Shown here: positions 23,301 through 35,300 of the stretch, piece after piece | Layout of the letters: each line of letters starts with the position of its first letter | How positions within the stretch are numbered: position 1 is the first letter of the stretch | Assembly (NCBI GenBank): GCA_964187785.1 | Contig: OZ076409.1 | Span: 69,132,001-69,196,000, forward strand | Length of the DNA: 64,000 bases | Direction of reading: 5' to 3' | Source: Amphiscolops sp. MND2022 | Lineage: Eukaryota | Made by a program: the position numbers and the translations under genes | Notes under the pieces: model-generated | Database searches by the model: none | What the model was told of the DNA's origin: nothing | What the model saw: the letters and a program-made list of their open reading frames with translations, nothing else

Positions 23301-26300
23301 GGGCCGACATGAGACGTTCTTGACTTGTTATTTCAATCAAGACCACAGACTCACAATAAATAGTCCATATTTTGCAAATATGTACTAAACTCCACGATTT
23401 TTTTGTTTTTGTGACGTTTTCAACGTTTCTCACCTTTGGTAACTCATAAAACTAGAAGGAACCAAAATGTCATCGTTTGGATCTATTTCGAGTCGTAAGA
23501 TTTGTCCGAACTTTTGAATGTTTCTAAAGGGTCCCACTTTGAATACTCTGATGCTTTGCAACCTCCAAACCTCAAAGAGAAACCCCATTTAGTATTTTAG
23601 TTTTCTCAGATCAGTGGTGTCGATTTGAAGTCAATTTTTAAACGATTTTGTTTAGTGGTTCTTGTTCATTCGCTTTCCTTGGACTTTGATGCTGAGTTTT
23701 TGAAAGTGTTGTTAGGCAAACAAACCAAGAAAGAATTGCAATAGCATTTTATTGCACCTCTTTTGTCATTTACAAAAACGCTCCACATTAGATGAAATTG
23801 GAAGAAAGTGGACACCGTAGAAGTTGATAAGCGCAGCTTTTTATGGTTTTTATTACGTTTTAATTTACTTCCATTCCTCGAAATGCATTCTGTTCTCATG
23901 CCCAGCGCTGAGAACAGGCACTCATTAGTTATTAAATATGCTGCAAGAAAACAGCCAAAAAGAGCGAAAAAGGATCCTCTCAACCATTAGATGTCCATAC
24001 ATAATCGTTTCCACAAGCGAGCAATCAATTTGACCAAGACATTCAGTCGACAGCATTTTTTAAAATCCAGGTCATTGGTTATAACAACCGGTCATAAATG
24101 CCTGGATAGGTTTATTGCGGACTGCGGAAAAATCAATTTATTCGATGACGTCACGCATGACAGGTCATGAACTCTAACCTCGGTGACAGTGGTGGTGTTA
24201 CCTATGACCGTGTTCTCCCTGTGGAACTGGTTCATCTGTGTTTTGGGGTCAAACAGCACTTTGCGTTCAGTGGTTGCTATACCCAGTGCTTGGGCCTGGA
24301 AAATATTTATCAATGACACAATGATCGGTTTGAAATTTACAGTTTGCTACCATTCGTTTTCTGATCAATGGAAAACTGAATTCTCAGTTGGTATTCGATA
24401 AATTCATTTCAAAGTTGACTTGGATCAAAGGAAGGAGAAAAAGATTTGCAGTACAAAAAATTCCAATTTATGGTAGGAAAATTTTTAAATGGCTCAGTTT
24501 TCATTTGCGGTACTATCAGTAGAAGCAAAAGAAGTCAATACTAGCCAAGTATTGACTCACAGATTTTGTTTTCAAACGTGACATTATTTTGACAAATTGG
24601 TAATACCATCTATTTATATGTCGTTCTAGTTCGAGGAAAAGTTCAAGCTCAGCGGCAACTCAATATATCAAAAGTTTGACCCTATTTGTGACCTTCGTGC
24701 AAAAGGTTTCACTCACAGAGACTGTAAAAAGAGAATGAGGTCAATGCTAATCCTACCTTTGCTAGTTCATCATCGTGATCAACATTGATAACACTGTTGT
24801 TACCCTGGGTCGTCTTCTGTTTATTGACTCCTTTGAGGTCGGGGGGTTCTATCCGCCTGATGCCGGCCGTGAATGCTCCCTCGGCTGCTAAATTTCCAGC
24901 CCTGCCCAGGTGAGAATGGAGTCGCCTGATGAGGAGGTTGTATGCGGAGAAGACACTGCAACTCTGATTCTGCAGAAGAATCTTCACTGCCTGTGTTGTG
25001 TTAATCTGCAGTCGGTCCTCCATAAACTTGAGCACCGACCGGTTCAGAGACTCTGCTTTTATCTGGACAGACAAGAACCAAGATTGATGATCAATATTAA
25101 ACAGGTGCAAACACAGGCTCGGGTAGAAACGGGAGGCGGAAATTTCGTCGTCAGAAATTTCGTCGTAAGAAATTTCGTCGTATTAGCAAACCCAGAAATT
25201 TCGTCGTCAGAAAATTCGTCGTCGGAAATTTCGTCGTATTGATTAGAACAACAGCGTTCACCGAAAGATATCATTTGAATTATACAATTACTTATTTATT
25301 AAAATGAGATCTTAAGAACAAGTTTCATTTTGACACCAAAATTGAGTCAAAAAGTTAATTGCATTCAATCAACTCATCAAGACGCTTATTAAGCAATGGT
25401 ATATTTTCAGTCCTACCGGTGGAACTACTTACCGGAGCTTTACAATACAATTCAAAATTGCTCCGGGGGGAAGTTTTGCTTTTTTGTCAGAAAATTATCA
25501 AAAAATCCTTTGGTAATGGAAATTTTTGTGTCGAAAGAACTTCGTATTGGGGGGATAAGAAACAATTGTTTCTTATCCCCCAATACGAAGTTGTTTCGAC
25601 ACAAAAATTTCCATTTTCCTAAAAACCCATCGACCTCCAGAGGTGGACCATCCATGGACCTTCCCTTGTCATTGATAGTATGCCCTTGGGTCTCAATACG
25701 GTATGTGTTTCTACGATTACCAGAAATTTCGTCGTCGGAAATTTCGTCGTCAGAGATTTCGTCGCAAGAAATTTCGTCGTCGGAAATTTCGTCGTCGGAA
25801 ATTTCGTCGTCGGAAATTTCGTCGTCGGTGATTACGTTCTATAAAACGTCGCATTTTCTTTAATCAATTAGGAATCGCCTTATTATTGCGTCTTAATAAT
25901 TATCGATAATTGTGCAATAATTACTATCATTGACTACTTTTTGTTATGGTTTCGGACCTTATAACTCCTCATATACACCTTAAGGTCGTTTAATTCGACT
26001 GACATAGCCGGAATGTGAATTTTTTTATCTTTGGCTATCAAAATTAAATCTGTGCTGATATTTTGGCCGTTTTAATAAAATATTCCCATGAGAATTATCT
26101 TTCTTCTGTAGCCACTGAAGGTTGATTGCTCACTTGACTTGAACAAAGCTACAATAAAATGGAAGTTTCGAGGTCCACACATTGTTTTTTGAAGGATCTC
26201 GATTTTCCGACAATGAGGAAATTTTCTTTAAAAATTTCTCCTTGTTGATCGGGATCTGATACCGGTTTCTTTAGAACTTATTCCAGCAATTTTGATTTTT

Positions 26301-29300
26301 TTCCAGTGATTTTTGATCTCGACAAGGAATAGTTTTTGATTATATTTTGTTAGTTAAATTTGCAATAACGAGTTTCTGCCGGTGTTTTACAAGTTTTCAT
26401 TTGAGGATAAATCTGGTCGAAGAAGAATTAAAATTTAAAACAAATACTTTCCACTATTTTTGACAGTTTTCATGGTATCTGAATTTGAATTTTCAAATTT
26501 GCAACAACGTGTCTAAACAAAAAATTAATCTGACTCCAAGTTTTTAAAAACCACTAATTTGAGGCGTGTACAGGCGGTATATTTGAAGCCAAAGCTTTTT
26601 TATTTGAAAAAAAATTGAAACCCCGAAAATTAGTACTGACATCTTTATGAACACCCACCTTGTTGGGAAAAGGGGCGGGAGATAGGGTCTGTTTGTAGCC
26701 CTCGTTGATCCAGTCGTTGTTCATGGCTTCTTCCAAGGAGATCCTCTCTGTGGGGTCAGGGTTCATCAGCTTCTTCAGCAGGTCAATGCATCCTGTCACA
26801 AAATGACCCAGCATCTTAGCAACAATCTATTCAAAAGTTGAAACTGTTACGAAATATTTCACATCTTGACGAGATCCAAGGTCATAAATTTCACAAAAGG
26901 TTTTTAACAATTATATCAATTTTTGAAAACTCAAAAAAGGCAATACAAAATGAATCTTGTCAAAACTTGTGAATTACAGCGTAACAAATATCGATTGAAA
27001 GAGTTGCAAACAAGAATTCAGGGAAGAAACGTTTCTTCAAATAACGGTATTTGCAGATGGGTTTCGGTCTTCAATAAAATTCGATATTTGATAGTTTTTA
27101 CTGTTTATGAGTCTGAGTATTGTACGTTAGAACAAATCATTCACGTTTTTTTTTCAGAACACCATTGTATGAATATCTACATGGGTTCTTCGATCTCACT
27201 GTTCAATATTAACATGCAAAACTGATAAAATCATAGCAAAGACTTGACGAAAGTTCCATTACTTTTAACATAGTTCTTGCTAAGCCTTCCATCTCTTCAA
27301 GCTCAGGAGTATCCATGAATGCATGGAAATACATGAATGCTTCATGAGTGTTTCATAGATGTTTATGGTTATGATATAGAATCGGCTTCCAATGCAGTAA
27401 CCAGATAAATAGTTGGTACCGTGTCTAAACTTCATCCATAATTTATCCGGTGGAATATGACCTAAAAGCATTATGCTTGAAATATACATTATTTTTCGAC
27501 CAACAGAAAATGTTTTCTTGATTCAAGAAGAAATTCTTCGAATAATTTTAGTCAAATACATTCTAAAAAAGTTAATGAGCATGATTTGCCATGATGAACA
27601 AAAAATGAGGTAAATTATCTAAAATGATTCCTCCTCTTCTAGTGATCGCAAACCTTGAGTAATGTGATCAGGGATAGGGTTTATCTCAAAGTTCATCATT
27701 TTTTGATAGAGAACTTTTATTGAAAAGGGCTCAGCCGTGAAGGGCAACCCTCCCGTTAACATGGCATACATGTTAACGCCACTAAAATGGTTAGAACAGT
27801 TATTTCATTGAATATAAATCTGAGAAAATTAAGGTAAATGACTACTGGATTAGTGATAATCAAAATCGACTGAATAAAATTATATAGAAATGATTTACAT
27901 CTGTAGAAAAAGCTGTGTGCACACTGTTCGAACATTTTTTGACAATTTTTTTGATACCCTGAATAGAATGCAATTACATAAATTTCAAAAAAAAAGAATA
28001 TATGATGTTCCGCCTAATGAATTCTTGACAAGGGACCTCATAGAAATGTTAGAATCAAATATTTCAAGTAAAATCCCACAAAATTTCACAAACCTTAGTT
28101 ACTAACGAAATGCAACAACCACATAAATTGATGATTGACGTTTGTAGTTTTCATTTCTCAGGAGGAAACAAAAAATCCTAGTTTTGGCACGGGAATTTTT
28201 TCTACAGTCATTCTATGCCAATAGCTACTAGATGCTGGTAAAACCTGGAAAGAACTTTCCACATGACCTAGAGGTCAATACGAGTTTCTCCACAACGCGA
28301 GTGAGTTCCTCTTCGTGTACGTGGGTTCGAGTCCCGCTCTACATCAAAAATGTTAAATTCTTGCAAAGGTGAAGTGAAGACGCTCCGTTGGGGTTTATGA
28401 ACACATTTTATGCCTTTTTGAAAAAATTTTTCACCAACTAGTCCACACTTTGGCAAGAATTTCAATCAGTCCTATCCCGGGTTCACCCTCTTACTAGCAT
28501 CTTGGCTGTCTTGGCAAGATCTTACCAAATTCTTACTACATCTTGGCAACCATGGATCCCATGGCAAGATTCCTATTAAGATCTTACAAGATTCCAAGAT
28601 CGTATCTTATCACGATAGACAAAATTTTTCTTGGGAACATGGCTTTCTTGATCTTACCATCCCTAGTCGAGATTGCTGGAACTTTTTACATGCTGCATGG
28701 AAACATGCAGGCTATTTTTTTTACAAAACATGGAAAATTCTGGGAGCCTGCATGGAAACATTTTGTAGGACTAGAATGCAGCCTCCACTTTTGAATTAAA
28801 ACTGAAAACATTTCCACTTCTTCACCGCAGCGATCACTTTGTTTTCACGCGTAAGTTTCTCAAGTACGTACCTTATGTAATCACCGTTAGTCAAATAGCA
28901 CACTGAATATGACGCTACTTTGAAACTTATAATGTGAACGAAGTTTATTTGCATTGAAATCGCGGTAAAATTATTGAGGTCAGAGCTACTTTCAAAATTA
29001 GAACGGCGTCTTTATAAAACCTGTAAAACTTTGCGGCACAAATTTAGGATGCATCTTATAGGCAGCTTGATAAAATTAAATCGAATCAGTTTTAATGCAT
29101 GGACATTTATTTGAGAATTTTATAGAGTTATGGAAAATTAGCTTGGTAACCTACAAAAACACGTAAAAAGTTCAAGCAGTTCCAACCAGGGATGACAAAA
29201 TGAATACCATGGCAAGATCTTGACAAGATGTTAGCCAAGATTGTTCCAAGATCTTGCCAAGATCTTACTAAGATATCCATGGAGGGTCAACCCGGATGTC

Positions 29301-32300
29301 AAACTTCGGTATCTTTTCAAATCGAAATGTAAAAAAAAATCCGCTTCCTGATATATCGCCTTTTCTAATGAAAATGTGGTATATCCATATTTTTCAAACT
29401 TGAACCTGATTTATTTCGAGTATTTTCAGAAAAAGTTGGGGTTTCGAGTTGGGGGTAATAAGATGGAACGTTTCTTTTCCACAATTTGTATTTTGAAATC
29501 ACCGTTTCCTGTTATGAGACGAGAAAGTCCCCTTTATCCGAAATTTTAATATTCTATTACTTAGAATATCTATTACTTAGACTTCTATTAGATCTTACAA
29601 AGACGTAAATATTTTTTTCTCGAATTGCCATTGCAGAACTCTACTAGCTGATTTATAATGATTTTCAGGGACTGTTTTAGGTCAAAATAATCCCGTTACA
29701 TTTTTTGGCAATTAATTAAGGCCTGGAGGTGATTGTTTTTTTTCAAAAACATCTTATCAGTTTCCTATGCAAAATACGGCAAGGCCACTGTGCGTATTGT
29801 ATTGTATCTACGTTCGATGCCGCCACGGTGACTTCGAAACAAAATATGTGATTCTAACAGGAAGCTGTTTCTGTCTTCACAGGCTAATACGATTACTGAA
29901 TTCTGCATTGACAAGCCCACTGACGGGGAGTATGCCGGAAAATTTCAACGTTTTAATATCTAGAGGAAATTAAGTCACCATAAGGACGATATGATAGTGA
30001 AAATTGAACAAAACAGAGTTAGGAATAAATGTAATAATAATATAGTCAGACTTCTATTGCATGTATGAAACTTTTTCACCCTCGAACAAAGTTGACCCAC
30101 TTCTGCATGACTGACCCAGTGGGTCAAATGACAAAGAAATCAACTCAGCAGTTTGAAAGCAACGACCAAAGATGCATAAAAATGCGTCAAAACCATTTTA
30201 ACCTTTAACCTTTGAACAGGGAGCGGACTAAACGTATAGACGTCAAACATCTTTTCGTGAGAAAGGGAAAAGGACGGGACTCTCGTATTCCGGTACCGTG
30301 AAACCAAAGAAGTTTCGGATGACTAAAACTGTTGGAGCCGAAGTTTGCGAAAAACAGGAAATAGGTTCTTGGTACAAGAAAAACATAGAGGGTTGTTTAA
30401 AAAAGGAAAAACTCTCCGAATTTTTGAGCTGATTACGGATGTTAGCTAACCTGACTCACAACACGTAACGATGAAAAAATTTAAACATTTAAATCAAAAT
30501 TATAATTATTGAAAGATGCTTACATGCTCCAGACATCTACTTTGGGCCCATATTTGTTCTTGCCAAGAAGCTCGGGGGCGGCATAAGCAGGAGATCCACA
30601 TTGGGTGGCCTGTTGGAAATCACCTAAGCGGCCATTTTCTTCCAATTTGAAGTTGCGACTTAGTCCGAAATCTGCAAAAACACACATAAAGTTAAAATCA
30701 AGACCCGTCTGGTGTCAATAATGCATCGAAAAACGGCCTAATGATGAAGTTTCAGATCGATGAAGCATCTCTAAATGCTAAGAATTAGATTGATCTTCTC
30801 AAAATTTATCTAATCAAAGTTGAGTTTTCAAAAGCTTGATGACGTAGTTAAAAGGCTGGGTCATCTCCTGTTAGTTTGGCATTATCAGCAAAATCAATTG
30901 CAATGGTGACCACAAAATGTATGCCCAATGTGAAAATAACTCACCTATAAGCTTCATATTCTTTTTCTCGTCCAATAGTAGATTTTCCACTTTCAAATCC
31001 CTGAAAGAAAAGTATGCAATTTTTTTCCACACAACAATTATTTCAAAGTTCAGTACCTTCGAATTCAGGTGAAAAATAACTAGGAATATTGTAGATAATT
31101 TCTACGGAGGTGGTCTTTGTAACTTTTTTTGGGACATACTTTTTGCTTAAAAATCTCCGATTCTCAGCTTTCTTCTCTCAAAAATTTTTGATCTTGTATT
31201 CAATGTATATCAAAGCAATGGTATGCACTGAAACAGCCCTGCTCAATGTCTAATAGTTTCAGTCAATGAAAATTTCGAAATTTCGGGAAAGGGGAATGGA
31301 GGGGGGGGTAGTTCGGGAATACAAACCTGTGCAAGATGCCTGCCCTATGTAGATGGTCCACAGCCGATATAATCTGTCTCACATACTTCCTGGTCTCTTT
31401 TTCGGGTAAGCTCTTCCTGAAAGTTTATTCGATTGAATTCACTGAAATTATTTTTTGGCATTAATGTTTCTTCATAAACTTTTCCCGTTTTCACTCTCGT
31501 CCTACAATTTTCTAAAATTTCATTTCAAAAATTCCAATGAAAACTCGTTGTTTCAACCAAAAATGTTTGAAAAAGTTTCTATAGTTTCGAATTGAGAAAC
31601 GCGTTTTCGAAAGAGCCAAAAGACAGAAGACAAAAATGGGCTTTGATAACAAATAACAAACATGGTCCTTCAAGTGCCAAAATAAAACCAAGAAACATTA
31701 AAAAACACGATGAAAAAATGAAAAAAAAACAAGCTTTTCTGAGATATACCTGATCTTTAGGTACTCCATCATATCTCCCCCTGAGCACAGCTCCATGACG
31801 AGATAGTAACTGTTCTCTGTCTCTAAAATGTCGTACAACTGGATGATACAAGGGTGTCTGACTAGCTGCAAGATCCTACCTTCTCTGCGAAGGTTTTTGT
31901 GCACGTACGAATCTTCTTTGGCTCGCTTCTTGTCAATCACTTTAATTGCCACCTTAAATAAAACAGTTTCTGGTTGATCAATGAGTTCACTGGTTTCAGC
32001 ATTGCGAATCATTTCCAATAGCTTTTTCAAACATATTTTACCAAAGAAATTCACAAAAATGAACAGAAAATGAATGAATTGCAAAGTATGAGCTTCAGAA
32101 CTGTTGTAATCTAGCTTTATGGTTAAAGAGTATCTCAGTACAAAACTCAATTGTTTTCTAGCTTACTATACAAGCTTTCTCATAGTAGATCATCTGCGCT
32201 TAAGTGGCAGGTATTTAAATAAAAGAACATCAAATACAAGTGTAGTAGACAGTTTATAGACTAATTAAGTTAATTGTCTGCACTCTCTACATTTCCCCCC

Positions 32301-35300
32301 TCACTATTGGCTGATGTTCGGCCAATGGGTTTCTGTTCTTCTACTGTATGGCGGTAGTTCCTCCAATGGTCCAGTTGTTTATGGACGGATGACCGATCCT
32401 CGCTTGTGTGGTTGTCACGGTGAGTGTTTGTCCGTGACGTCAGTTTGCTGTCCGTTGTATGGACTAGTTGAGGTTGCTTGGTTCCGTTTCCATTTGGTTC
32501 AGGTTCAGCCTTTCTACGGTGTTTCCTGTAATCATGACATACTGGGTTATTATATCTAACAATTGGGTTAGTTTTGTTAGTCTTTTTGATCTGCGTACTG
32601 TTTTTTCTTCTTCGTGTTTAATATCTGCTTCTAATTCAGTGCTAGAGCTCAGATTACTGATCAAGTCTAATTCAGAATTTTCAAAGTTGTTCTCTTCCCC
32701 CGTTTTAGGAAAAGAAGTCAGATTTTTAAACACCTTACCATTATCATCTCTGATAAAAAGTTCATCATTCGCTTGTCTAGCGTCTTCGATAGCACGGTTG
32801 ATCTCCGTGTCTGTCATGTTGGCTGCGGTGATGGTAAGTGGGCCAGTGCTGCCCGTCCCTCCTGGTGGGGATTGGTGGGGGCTTGAGTTTCTCCGGTCTC
32901 GTATTAATTTCACTGGTCTGCCTCTGCCGTACGTACCGTTTTTCACCGTGGCGTTGTCCGGTTGGTCCGTGGTGATAGGGCTGCTTGTCTCTGGTAGCGG
33001 TATCTCGGTGTCTGATTCGATCACGTATGCCCTCTTCAGTTGTGATGGTGATCTTGTAAACCGGCCGTCTGGCCCTCTCGGCCCAGTTCCTCTGTTGTTG
33101 TTGCATTCCTGGTTAAAATTACAGATGGGTTTACTAATAGATTTCTTGTGTATTATTCTTCCGTTTGGCGTTGTTACGGTATGGTTCGTTTCCGAAATAG
33201 CTATATTCGGTTTATCTGTATATGCACTTTCGATCTTTGTTTTGTGATGTTTTTTCCTAAGAAAAGAAAAGGGTGGTTACTAACTCCTTTATCGCTTTTT
33301 CTTGTCTTCATCGGTAGCTGGTCGGAGACACAGCCAACTCCGCTGAATGAATATACCTGTAAGGTATCTGGTTTCGCTGAAATGGAATTCTTTGTTAGAT
33401 TTTTCAAGTTATCTAAGCTTAACAGATTAGAAATTTCCGTGTTTGGTTTTCGACCGTAATGTAGTTCGAATGCGGACTTCTTTAGTTTCGTGTGAGGTGT
33501 TTTTCTCATCACGTCTAATGACAAGTCTAGAGCTTTTCCGAATCGTTCTCCGGCCTTAATGTTCGTTAGAAGATTATCTTTCAGAGTTCTGACCCCTCTT
33601 TCTACTAAGCCTGTGGGGGTGTGGATGTACGGTGTTCCGTAGATCAGTTTAATGTAGTGTTTTTTGCAGAAATTGCGGAAAGTGCGGCCCGTAAACGCAG
33701 TCGCCTTATCGGTTTTAATTGTCTTTGGTATACCGTTCAGTTGAATATATTGTTCAAGGAATGTTACCGCCGTTTCCCCGTCGGTGTGTTTGCAGAAACT
33801 GGCTGCCGGCCATTTGCTGTACCGGTCAATGGATAGTAGTATATAAAATCGACGGTTATTGTCCGTGATTGGTCCGATGAAATCCAATTGGATTTCTTCG
33901 TTCGGACTATTCACCGGGGGTAGGTTATTTTTTTTCCGTGCTGGGTATGTTAGGTTTTATGCTCTTACCGGACATTTTGCAGGGGATGCAAGTTTCACAT
34001 TTTTTCTGTATGGCTTCTGTCATCTTCGGCCACCAGAAGTGTCGAGCTGCCAGAGTCATCTTATTGATGGCTGGATGTCCTTTGTGCAAAGGGCTGATGA
34101 CTGTGGTTCGGAGGTTTTTTGGTACTATAATTCTGTCTTCCATGAAAACAAGACCGAACCGGCTGGATAATTTTCTTCTGACCGTTTGATATTCATCAGG
34201 TATCATTTCGTGCTGTTGTCTTTCGAGAAATACCAGGGTTTTTAGCAAGCTGGGGTCGTTTGTGGTCTCAGTCATCAATAGCTGCAAATCCGTGGAGAAG
34301 TTCTTTTCTGTCTCCCGCACTGCGTGTTCGAGGTTCCATTCATTTCGCTCTTCTGCTGCGACTCTTGGTGCGTGTCCCATCTTTACATACTGGACACTTT
34401 TTACCCCGACGTATCGTGCCGAATTTATTGCTGGCACCTCTAGGACCGAAGGGTCTTGGTCCGTTTCCGAGTCAATCTCACCTTCTTCCATAGGGATTGG
34501 TGCGGAGGATGGGCCAGGTTTGTCCGGTTGGTGTTGGTGGACTGGGGTTGGTCGGTCCATGTCCCAATATGGGTCCACTGTCCATTGCTCGGAGTGACCG
34601 GTTTGTGGTTGATAGCCCCCTTTGTGTTGCGGTCCGATAATTTGTCGAAGGTCTTCTGGTTGTCGATTACTGGTAAGTTGTCGTAGTCGTTCCTCTATGA
34701 CTTTCCTCTCGTTGCGAAGGAATTTAGGTTCATGGTAGCGTTTCCATCTCCCCCCGGTCATGCGGTAAATTCCGGGTTTGACAATTTCTTTCCACCGAGT
34801 CGTTAGCTTGGTTATTTCGGCGGAATTAAATCTTGCTTCGATGTTTTCGATCGTTTTAGCATCCATTTTTAATGTGGTATGCTTTAAGTTTTTTAATTTG
34901 TTTGGCTTTGAGCGTGTGTGTACGGCGCTGTTAAGGCAATCAATGGCAGTTTGTTCACGCGTGTCGTTTGTCGATGGCTCGTTGTTCGATTTGCGTTCAC
35001 TTATCTCGGTACCGTTTTCTGATTGGCTCGCATGGTTGCTAAGGCAACCGTATTTGGAGATGAAGCTGTAGTGTGGAATGATATTGTTGATTACGTATTC
35101 TTCGTCGTACGTATCGTCCGCTTGTGGTGGTAATACCGGATTTCTGCTGAGATAATCCGTGAGTGCTAAGTGTTTGCCTGCTATATGGTTTACGTTGATC
35201 GTGAAACGTGCTAACCGGTCCAACCACCGTGTTAAGCGTGCGCTATATGTTTTATTGGAGCGATTTCGTTTAATTAATGGTTCTAATGCCTGGTGATCCG

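Noticed and set aside
25139..25828. CRISPR-like short repeat arrays (also 49492-49743 and 56257-56362)
   Set aside because: Units are head-to-tail with no unique spacers, there are no cas genes, and the context is eukaryotic.
25396..25863. 155-aa ORF with EISSS repeats
   Set aside because: Artefact of the 15-bp array and palindrome within a HUNK intron on the opposite strand.
32468..33247. Long antisense ORFs over the retroelements (also 36639-37313, 4343-4819, 46896-47426)
   Set aside because: Shadow frames of A-rich coding strands; hydrophobic low-information translations, not conserved among the three elements.
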